A stretch of DNA of 64,000 nucleotides from a virus: the IMG/VR virus record IMGVR_UViG_3300035053_000267, positions 47,748-111,747 of that record; one strand, written 5' to 3'. Shown here one piece after another: positions 28,221 to 35,810 of this stretch. The translations under genes and the position numbers were made by a program. The notes under the pieces were generated by a model. That model did no database searches and was not told the DNA's origin. It was given only the letters and a program-made list of their open reading frames with translations. Positions within the stretch are counted from its first letter, which is position 1. Each line of letters opens with the position of its first letter.

Positions 28221-28358
28221 AAAGCCTCCATAGTCTACACAGGCTTAAAACTCTTGACTTCGTACGCGCAAGTTGCCAGGCGCTCGCCATCGTAGGCGAT
28301 TAAATCCCATGGCCTTGCATACACGCGTATAAGTCGACAGTTCTGACCTGTTATTGTT

Positions 28359-28625
28359 TTAACGGCATTTCTTACAGCTGCCGCATTTTTTTTTTCTTTT
28401 GTACATAACACACGCTGATTTAACCTGCCGCAAAGGTCTTAAGGCTCTGTTTGTAGCCTCACGTGACTTTACGCAGTTCCAGCCTATATCAACGCTGTTA
28501 TTTTCAAGATCCGTAAAAGTATCACCATTCTTCAGTACAGGTTTAAAACCTAAAATCAAATCATCAATATATTTTGATTCCCTGAACTTCCTCAGATCAC
28601 AATTAGCCGTATTGACAACCAGCAT
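28359..28625 (-). CDS. hypothetical protein with basic Cys-rich tail
   Basis: GGAGG RBS; ends KCGSCKKCR. Confidence 0.55.
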   Translation of the reverse strand: MLVVNTANCDLRKFRESKYIDDLILGFKPVLKNGDTFTDLENNSVDIGWNCVKSREATNRALRPLRQVKSACVMYKRKKKCGSCKKCR

Positions 28626-28630
28626 GACGA

Positions 28631-29272
28631 TTAGCCTCCGCGTGCAATTTTACAGAACTGAACGCAATAGTTGACCAGAGTAACAATATTGTCCTCTACG
28701 GCTTTGGCATGATCCAGCATTTGATCAACCTGAACCTCGGTTCCGTGTTTGCGTATGTGTTCGGCCGACAGCATGGCTGCACCAGCTTTATCCCGCATCT
28801 TGCGGACATAATCGGAAAAATACCGTGTAGTCCTGACACATTGACTGGTACGGCTGAGCTCACGCCTTACAGGCGATGAATGCGTGGGAGCGTGTTCAAC
28901 AGCCTCTTCAAAAGTAACAACTCCATTGAAAACAAGCTGGGACAGTTGGCGCTTAACGTCTCTGGGCAACTTGGAATACCTCTGAGCAGACGCAACACTA
29001 ACACGGCCTGACCCCGGCAACTCTCCCATTGAAGAAAGAGCTTTGCCAAATTTAACAGCTTCCCGTATATACTTCTGAGAAACACAACACCCGGTACCGG
29101 ATATAATCGAATTGAAATCCCTTTGAACGACTTTTATTTTTATATTGTAATTGAAATCCGGCTCTATTTCTCCAATTTTCTTAAAATACTTATACAGATT
29201 CACACATTCGTCAATAATGAATATTCTGGACCCCAGATGAGCCCTGGCAGCCCTTGTAATAAAAACATGCAT
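28631..29272 (-). CDS. hypothetical protein (own GGAG RBS and ATG at 29272; frame stays open upstream to the slippery site)
   Basis: ORF track 28631-29326; RBS-ATG at MHVFITR. Confidence 0.6.
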   Translation of the reverse strand: MHVFITRAARAHLGSRIFIIDECVNLYKYFKKIGEIEPDFNYNIKIKVVQRDFNSIISGTGCCVSQKYIREAVKFGKALSSMGELPGSGRVSVASAQRYSKLPRDVKRQLSQLVFNGVVTFEEAVEHAPTHSSPVRRELSRTSQCVRTTRYFSDYVRKMRDKAGAAMLSAEHIRKHGTEVQVDQMLDHAKAVEDNIVTLVNYCVQFCKIARGG

Positions 29273-29286
29273 ATGCTCTCCAAATA

Positions 29287-29312
29287 ATAAAAAAGCGGGA
29301 AAGTCCCGCTTT
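29287..29312 (-). terminator. intrinsic terminator-like hairpin
   Basis: AAAGCGGGA-CTT-TCCCGCTTT-TTTATT. Confidence 0.6.
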
Positions 29313-29442
29313 AATCGTCGTTCCACCAGCAGTCCCGTGGTGGATGTTTCTTTTTTGATCTTTTAGCTATGCGCTTGATTTTTTTCAAATACGCATCAGA
29401 AGGAACAGTTACCACTTTTTTTACTGAAGTTGACGGCCGCAT
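29311..29442 (-). CDS. 43-aa basic leader ORF ending DCWWNDD
   Basis: Strong AGGAGGTG RBS; promoter motif at 29477-29491; contains in-frame A_AAA_AAG. Confidence 0.55.
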   Translation of the reverse strand: MRPSTSVKKVVTVPSDAYLKKIKRIAKRSKKKHPPRDCWWNDD

Positions 29443-29507
29443 ATTCACCTCCTATGACAAAACACCAAAACAACCTCAATATATTATTCCAATCTAAACG
29501 GCACAAT

Positions 29508-30182
29508 TTAAGAATCGCCACCTGCTTCTTCGTCAGCAGTGCGAATCATTATCATAAAGTCATAATGCTCAAAATTAAACTCCACACCCACATACAACAC
29601 TGAATACACCTCGTCAGTTCCGTCTTCAGAGCTGTGTACTCCTATGCGTATAGTAGGAATATTGTTACCGAGCAGAGAAGCTGACGGCGGCCTGAACCTG
29701 GCACCTATCTTGAACCTTGAGTCGTACACAAGAACAACTACTTCATCAGTAACCAGCACCCTGTGATAGTGAGTCGACAGAACAGATCCGTCCTTCAGCC
29801 TGAAGGACACAGCCACTTCGGGAGCCTCTGCCGGCTCGACATAAGTTCCCTTGCTCATCTTCTTTGCCGGCATATCACAAGACAGTATCCTGTGCTTGCG
29901 TAATTTGGACGCTACAGGCTTAGGATCGGAAACAGGGGTACTCGGTAATCCGGGAGGGGTTTCGTCCGCTGAAGGCCCATTAGAGCGCTGTTTTGAGGGC
30001 ATTGTGGGCAACTTGTGCTGCAATTTGCCAGCCTCTGGGTCGCCAGGTTCTATTTCTATCTTGTTTTTACCGAGATTTTGACCCTTTTGTTTGCCGTATA
30101 TTCCATCGTGTGGAGGAACCTGTACAGCATCTGATAAAACCTCGTGTGGCTTGTATACGTCTTCTGTGAGTGCTTCTGTCAT
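29508..30182 (-). CDS. hypothetical protein
   Basis: AGGAG RBS; Pro-rich N-terminus and beta-rich C-terminus. Confidence 0.6.
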   Translation of the reverse strand: MTEALTEDVYKPHEVLSDAVQVPPHDGIYGKQKGQNLGKNKIEIEPGDPEAGKLQHKLPTMPSKQRSNGPSADETPPGLPSTPVSDPKPVASKLRKHRILSCDMPAKKMSKGTYVEPAEAPEVAVSFRLKDGSVLSTHYHRVLVTDEVVVLVYDSRFKIGARFRPPSASLLGNNIPTIRIGVHSSEDGTDEVYSVLYVGVEFNFEHYDFMIMIRTADEEAGGDS

Positions 30183-30189
30183 AATAACT

Positions 30190-30800
30190 CCTGTAAATAA
30201 GTGTTTTCAATGAAAAGCAATCGCCCATCAAGTGTCTCTATCGTGTATAAATCATGATACCGAACTGCATTGAATTTGTTTACGATGTATTGCTTCAGTT
30301 TGTTTAACAAAGCTATTCCCTTTCGATTTGTGGGGAGTGAACTGTTTGTTTGGGGCTACTTTATAACTTTGTATGTTGTTGTATTATTTTCTTCTTTTAA
30401 AAAAAGAGCGCCGTAAGGCGCGACTATATAGATGAGCGAAGCGAATCTACTTCATCAGCGAATTTTATATGAGCTGATTTATTATATATTTTATATATAT
30501 AATATCGAAACTATGATTTTTTTGGCGGTTATAAAGATATATATATAATATATATATATCTATATAAAAATTGCTAAATATTTTCTCATAAATGAGTAAG
30601 TTGTTGCGACTCAACATGTTAATGTTTGCGGAATTTTCCAAAAATTTTGAAAATTTCCGCAAAGTTTTGAGCGACCTACGTGGGTATTTTTTGTGCATTT
30701 AATACATTAATTACACCAAAAAACAACCCTCAGTGAGTGGGCACAAAAATACTGTGCCTCTCCACTGAGGGCAAATCTATTCTGTTTCTATACTATCGCA
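30190..30800. other. long AT-rich non-coding region, candidate replication origin
   Basis: TA-repeat tracts at 30466-30600; GCGCCGTAAGGCGC and GCGAAGC mini-hairpins at ~30408-30442; hairpin at 30728-30771. Confidence 0.35.
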
Positions 30801-30809
30801 AGGCGTGTA

Positions 30810-31058
30810 TTAAGCTCTTTTAAGAGCTTCTTCTATATTGCGCCTTGCCTGCCAGGCCGCTCGAATAAGGTCCTCTGACAGATCTTTAGCGTTTCTGTCG
30901 AGCATACTCGCTATTGCTTCAGCTCTGTACAGCGCTTCTCTAATGGTAATAAGCTTAGGGCCGTCGTCCGCAGTTTCTATGCGAATCATATTGCCTTGAG
31001 CTTCTATGCTTTTTATGGTCTTGTATTTACTCAATTTCAGCTGCCTCGCGTAGGTCAT
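30810..31058 (-). CDS. hypothetical protein
   Basis: ORF, overlaps the upstream gene. Confidence 0.55.
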   Translation of the reverse strand: MTYARQLKLSKYKTIKSIEAQGNMIRIETADDGPKLITIREALYRAEAIASMLDRNAKDLSEDLIRAAWQARRNIEEALKRA

Positions 31059-31728
31059 ACTTATCTTTGAGCGTTACTCCAAAGACAACATCAGCATTCT
31101 TTATTACCTGATGATCCGGAGTGTGCAAAGTGCACACTATTTTGTCTACAGTGAACGGGTCGAGTCCGATCTTACTCTTATTGCCTGTGGGCAGATATAC
31201 GTCTACAACGGGCAATATAGGCGGCATGCTCGCTTTATTATCAACGGCTATAGGGTCAGGGATGGTTACTCCTTCAGAGTATATCTCCCAATATTCTTTG
31301 TTTTTAACCCTGTAGTACGTCTGTGTATGCATGTACCTTTTAAACTCTTCGTACACTGTAGATGGAAGACCTTCTAAAACATTAGACCAGGTACCTATTA
31401 CAGTTCCTGTCTTGTCTTTGACGTCCATATTGGCCACAATAACGTGATTAAATCGAAAAAACAATCTGTGATCTGTATAAGATGATACTGTGGAAAATAA
31501 CGATACTATATCTTCATTAACTCGTGAAAATATGTAAACTGGCGCTAACGTGAAAAAACGATAATTTGAAATGTCATTAAGGCAGGACGCTTTAGCAGAC
31601 AGGCTTCTTACCTGCTCTCCTGTTACGTCCTCATAAGTATCAATGATTGTATGCTTCTCGCCGGTGAATTTTTTTCCTTTGGTCGAGAAGTATTTAATCT
31701 CTTCAAGTGTTATCTTATGCTCTGCCAT
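31027..31728 (-). CDS. hypothetical protein
   Basis: ORF. Confidence 0.6.
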   Translation of the reverse strand: MAEHKITLEEIKYFSTKGKKFTGEKHTIIDTYEDVTGEQVRSLSAKASCLNDISNYRFFTLAPVYIFSRVNEDIVSLFSTVSSYTDHRLFFRFNHVIVANMDVKDKTGTVIGTWSNVLEGLPSTVYEEFKRYMHTQTYYRVKNKEYWEIYSEGVTIPDPIAVDNKASMPPILPVVDVYLPTGNKSKIGLDPFTVDKIVCTLHTPDHQVIKNADVVFGVTLKDKYDLREAAEIE

Positions 31729-31864
31729 TGAGGGTATAGTACTCCTATTCTGCTGGGAGTTTCAACTATTTTTTTTAAGATTTATTCTTATAGTGCCTAT
31801 TTAGTTGGCACGCAGCGCTTTACGTTATGCTGCGTGCTTAGTGGAGTGCCCCAGCCGGCTATAC

Positions 31865-31886
31865 TTTTTGATATGCATATCAAAAA
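31865..31886. promoter_or_regulatory. perfect 22-bp palindrome TTTTTGATATGCATATCAAAAA (copy 2)
   Basis: Intergenic; 20 bp identical to 1955-1974. Confidence 0.5.
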
Positions 31887-31912
31887 TATCCTGAATATGC
31901 CGTATCCTTAAC

Positions 31913-32548
31913 CTACTTATCGCTTTTAGGAGGAGCTTCTTTTGCCATCTGGTTCTCGGCCTCTTTGCTGAGCTTTTTGAGTGAACCGCCTATTTCTTCT
32001 ATGCAGCTTTCAACTGTGGCATTAGCGTCCCCTTTCCACTCTTTCACCAGGAATCCCATATACTCGTATATAGCTAAGAGCATGTTGAATACAGTGAACT
32101 GCCTGGGATTGCCGGCATCATCAAACAACGTTTCTCTTTTGGCAACGGTTATTACGGCGTTTATGTGGGACTCGTTGAGACCTATGGATTTCAGTTTGCT
32201 TATCATCAGGGACTGGATCTGGGACGACAGCAGTACAGGCAGTACAATTGCTTCATGGTCGTAATGCTTTAATACAAAGTCAATCAGCTTCTGCATGGAC
32301 TCCTGGTCTGTCACATCCGGTGGAACTGCCAGGCCCTCGACTTTTTCTGTTTCCTGGTTGGGACCGGGAAACGGTAAAACTTTGCCGTCGTCTGAGCTCT
32401 CCGGAGTCTGGACTTGTTCGGAAGCCTTTTTTTCCAGCTGTTTCTCTAAAAATGTTTTGTTTTCTTCTGTCACTTTTTCTCCTTGAGGTTTAAGTAAAAA
32501 TATAAGTCCGGGGTTTCCAGACCACATCTTTTTGAAAATTTGTTCCAT
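31913..32548 (-). CDS. hypothetical acidic protein
   Basis: ORF; true start may be downstream (GAGA-preceded GTG near 32473). Confidence 0.55.
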   Translation of the reverse strand: MEQIFKKMWSGNPGLIFLLKPQGEKVTEENKTFLEKQLEKKASEQVQTPESSDDGKVLPFPGPNQETEKVEGLAVPPDVTDQESMQKLIDFVLKHYDHEAIVLPVLLSSQIQSLMISKLKSIGLNESHINAVITVAKRETLFDDAGNPRQFTVFNMLLAIYEYMGFLVKEWKGDANATVESCIEEIGGSLKKLSKEAENQMAKEAPPKSDK

Positions 32549-33030
32549 GGCACCATAGTGCCTATCTGTATAGCGACATCTCTGCCTATTTTTTTAATAG
32601 TTCCGTCTATCACTCCATTCCAGAATTTGTTTTCTTTAACCGGTATGGCCACTGTAAGCTCATCGTCCTGTTTAGTTTTAAGTTTTCTGTAATTGAAGTG
32701 TATAAGTATAAACGTTTCCACGCCATATTCCGATCTTTTCATTAAGTGACCGAACTGTCTGGCTCTAAACGATTTAGCTGTGTTACCTGTTAGTTGAAAC
32801 GACGCTTGACTGCACACTTTCGCATCAAATATGAATTGTCTGCCTCCAGGAAGGACCCCTTCAAAATCAGGCAACGACGGTATAGGCCTCCAGCTGCCAT
32901 TGATCAAGGTTGTAATAGTTCCGTATCTGGATAGAGTGTATCGCCCGCGACGTTCATCTTTTTTTGCCCTGTTCAGTATCAGGGCTTCAAATTCATGTCC
33001 GTTTATTCGGTGTATCAACGTTAGAGTCAC
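32470..33030 (-). CDS. recU: RecU-like Holliday junction resolvase
   Basis: GHEFE, PDFEGV, FIFDAK, Q..HL, FILIHF (PD-(D/E)xK RecU pattern). Confidence 0.75.
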   Translation of the reverse strand: MTLTLIHRINGHEFEALILNRAKKDERRGRYTLSRYGTITTLINGSWRPIPSLPDFEGVLPGGRQFIFDAKVCSQASFQLTGNTAKSFRARQFGHLMKRSEYGVETFILIHFNYRKLKTKQDDELTVAIPVKENKFWNGVIDGTIKKIGRDVAIQIGTMVPWNKFSKRCGLETPDLYFYLNLKEKK

Positions 33031-33193
33031 CTTTTGCGAAATAAAACGCGAATGCCATTATTATTACCTGCAATGCATCTTTGGGATCTATCTGACCGGT
33101 TATAACCATGTATAAAAAAGCCACCCCAGCAAAGGCAGACAGAAGCCACCTTCCGGACATGACTTTGTACACTATATACTCTGTTTTAGTCAT
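32993..33193 (-). CDS. small 2-TM membrane protein (holin-like)
   Basis: SGRWLL...2 hydrophobic helices...FYF. Confidence 0.5.
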   Translation of the reverse strand: MTKTEYIVYKVMSGRWLLSAFAGVAFLYMVITGQIDPKDALQVIIMAFAFYFAKGDSNVDTPNKRT

Positions 33194-33235
33194 AGTCCCT
33201 ATTATACTGCTTGTGAGCAGACATTCAACGTAAAT

Positions 33236-33991
33236 CTACTCAGATGCCAACGAAACCAGCTCTTCTATAAGCTTTTCAGTTACCAGACAGTCGAATAAGG
33301 CATCATGAGAGCTGCCACAGATATTATACTTATCTACCAGGTTGAATTCAGGAATACAGTACTTATCCAGAGCGTAGTAAACTCCTTTGGCTCTTATGTT
33401 CGCAACATTTGTGTAGAACAGTTTATTTGATTCGGATGCCAGCTTACGACGCTTCATTATTGCACTCTTTACAAGCATGCCCGTATCAATAAGATTTCTA
33501 TCAGGAAATACAAAATTGTGGCCGAATTGAACAAATTTACGATTAAGAAACGGTATATCGAATCTTATGAAGTTATGCCCCGCAAACCAGTACCCGCTGT
33601 GACATGCTCCCTGACACAGCGATCCTACTATGTTTATGGCCTCGTCCTGGCTTATTCCTGTACTTATCTGGTTAAGATAACTTTCAATAGCCATAACAGA
33701 AGCATCTTCAGCAGAAAAACCTTCTGTTGCTATAATCTCTTTTGCTCGTCTGTTAAGCTCAAAAGTGTTGGCCAGTGCTGCCTCTTCCCCTATGTTTATA
33801 GTTATGTCCAGTTCTTTTCTGTTGACTCCGTTTACTATACAGCCTACTTGCCATACATCATTGTCCACCGGGTTAAACCCCGTAGTCTCAATATCAATTA
33901 CTATATAGTTGTCAGGAAGTGTTAAAGAGGTTCCTAGCAGGCCCTTAAGGTTATGTCTAAGCGTATCAGGATCCGGTTTCATCGCCGACAC
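33236..33991 (-). CDS. DEDDh 3'-5' exonuclease (DnaQ-like)
   Basis: IDIETTG, GHNFIRFDIPFL, IDT, HDALFDC. Confidence 0.88.
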   Translation of the reverse strand: MSAMKPDPDTLRHNLKGLLGTSLTLPDNYIVIDIETTGFNPVDNDVWQVGCIVNGVNRKELDITINIGEEAALANTFELNRRAKEIIATEGFSAEDASVMAIESYLNQISTGISQDEAINIVGSLCQGACHSGYWFAGHNFIRFDIPFLNRKFVQFGHNFVFPDRNLIDTGMLVKSAIMKRRKLASESNKLFYTNVANIRAKGVYYALDKYCIPEFNLVDKYNICGSSHDALFDCLVTEKLIEELVSLASE

Positions 33992-34403
33992 TGTCCACTG
34001 CTTTATTGAACTCGTCTAAGCCTACCGGGGTCTCTCCCGGGTGAGTTGCCTCTTTTACGGCTGTAAAGTAATAGGAAAGAAGCGTTCTCAGCAATGCTTT
34101 TCCAAAAATATGCTGTGCGCTCTGCGGCGCGTCCAGTAGTCCGGATTCTTTAAACGCTTCAGTAAGATCAGTGAATTTATTGTCTCCGGTAAGCCTGTTG
34201 ACAAACTCAACCATGCTTTTGGCTACGGCCTTAAGTTCTTCGGTAATATCGTCTTTACGGGGGTGGCTGGCAATGCTGTCCTCAGCTACACGAAAAGCTT
34301 TGCTTAGTATAAAAGGAGTGATATGTGCCATGTCTCGTAAGGGACTTACCCATATGCTGCCCCGTTCAGGTATCTGATAACACGGTACTTTCTGTTGAAA
34401 CAT
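33966..34403 (-). CDS. hypothetical protein
   Basis: AAGG RBS; operonic. Confidence 0.6.
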   Translation of the reverse strand: MFQQKVPCYQIPERGSIWVSPLRDMAHITPFILSKAFRVAEDSIASHPRKDDITEELKAVAKSMVEFVNRLTGDNKFTDLTEAFKESGLLDAPQSAQHIFGKALLRTLLSYYFTAVKEATHPGETPVGLDEFNKAVDSVGDETGS

Positions 34404-34443
34404 TAGTGATTACCTTTCTTTACTCATTCGAGTTGTTTTTGCC

Positions 34444-34830
34444 TTATTTTTTTATAGTTCTGGATCCTAGAAGTGAAAAAACATACTCAAAAGTCGACTT
34501 GCACTCAGGGCACTCGTACTGTATGCTGATCCTGTTGCTTATCTGGTCAAATACCAGTGTGGCTTCTTTTTCATCTACACAGGTATAGCACTCTGGACAT
34601 GTTGATTTAAAAGCGAACGTATCGTTTATGTCCTCATAGTTAGTAAATATCTTAAGCCCGTATGTTGAGCCCTCAAACTCCACTATGCCACTGTGTGAAA
34701 AGTCCTCATAGTCCTCTGTAAGGACTTGAACCTCGTATCCGGGGGGCGCGTTTATGACTCTTTCAGGGCCGAAATGCTTATCCATAATCAGTATAATGGG
34801 CAAGTTGTTATTTTTCTTTTTTATAGTCAT
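34444..34830 (-). CDS. zinc-ribbon protein
   Basis: CPEC...CPEC. Confidence 0.55.
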   Translation of the reverse strand: MTIKKKNNNLPIILIMDKHFGPERVINAPPGYEVQVLTEDYEDFSHSGIVEFEGSTYGLKIFTNYEDINDTFAFKSTCPECYTCVDEKEATLVFDQISNRISIQYECPECKSTFEYVFSLLGSRTIKK

Positions 34831-34866
34831 TTCTTTCTCTTTTTAGTTGATTTTTGCTCTTTTGTA

Positions 34867-34919
34867 GTCTACTATAGGTACAACTGGTCTACTATAGTTG
34901 GGCCATGCTGACTATAGTT
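34867..34919. repeat. three ACTATAG boxes at exact 20-bp spacing in a divergent intergenic region
   Basis: 34871, 34891, 34911. Confidence 0.6.
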
Positions 34920-34945
34920 ACAACATATTAAGTAGAGGAATCACT

Positions 34946-35248
34946 ATGTTCAGCGGTAAATACAGTTTTGATACGGATACCGGAGCCTATTCAATAAGTT
35001 TTACAGGTCCCCCATCCCATCAGAAAATAGGTACTTTGTACGTTTCATTTGAATCTGAGCAGACGGGGTCTATAACTGTCACCATTACAAAAAATGAAAA
35101 ACTATTTAACGTTTTATATGAAGAGATTGCCGATTTAACTTATTTTACATGGTCTCCTCAGGCAATATGGCTGAGCAATGGCGATACTCTGTCTATAGCT
35201 CTGGACGGTACGGATGATGCAAGATGCGAGCTGTATCTTGAAGAATAA
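34946..35248 (+). CDS. hypothetical beta-rich protein
   Basis: AGAGGA RBS before ATG at 34946. Confidence 0.55.
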   Translation: MFSGKYSFDTDTGAYSISFTGPPSHQKIGTLYVSFESEQTGSITVTITKNEKLFNVLYEEIADLTYFTWSPQAIWLSNGDTLSIALDGTDDARCELYLEE

Positions 35249-35738
35249 AGGGCACTATTTAAACCGTTTTCTTCTTAACATAACATCCCTGTCTCCCTCG
35301 GAACAGTATAAGTGCCATAAAGCTAAAAAAGCATACAAAAAGACCCATAATGAGTGTGCTGTATGTGGCTGTTTAAAGTGGTTGGAAGTTCATCATGTTC
35401 TCCCTATTCATGTTCAGCCTGCTTTAGCTGACGACCCCACCAATTTTATAACTCTGTGTGATCCAAAAAACAATGGATGCCACCGTCTTCTTGCTCATTT
35501 TGGAAATTTCTCCAAAAAATGGAACATCTACATTAGAGAATACGCTCTTATAAGCAGAATGCATATAGAATATATGGATCCTGTACATTCTTTTCAAGTG
35601 CCAACACCTGTTTTATTCGAAGAATTCGCCAAAGCCGGCAAATACACTCATAAAGAGTACACCAAATTCATTCAGGAACTGTCCAGCAGGTTTGTTAATC
35701 ATAAACTGCCACACATACAGAACTGTCTTACGGCCTAA
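35214..35738 (+). CDS. HNH endonuclease
   Basis: CAVCG...EVHHVLP...NFITLC...CHRLLAH; start uncertain. Confidence 0.8.
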   Translation: MMQDASCILKNKGHYLNRFLLNITSLSPSEQYKCHKAKKAYKKTHNECAVCGCLKWLEVHHVLPIHVQPALADDPTNFITLCDPKNNGCHRLLAHFGNFSKKWNIYIREYALISRMHIEYMDPVHSFQVPTPVLFEEFAKAGKYTHKEYTKFIQELSSRFVNHKLPHIQNCLTA

Positions 35739-35810
35739 AAGGACTAAACGGGCGGGCATAGGAGGGAGAGATGTTTCGTAAGGAAGCGCCCGCCCGTTAT
35801 AGTCAACTTT

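Noticed and set aside
30465-30698. 77-aa ORF in the AT-rich region
   Set aside because: Its I/Y/N/K composition mirrors the TA tracts and it has no RBS; probably spurious.
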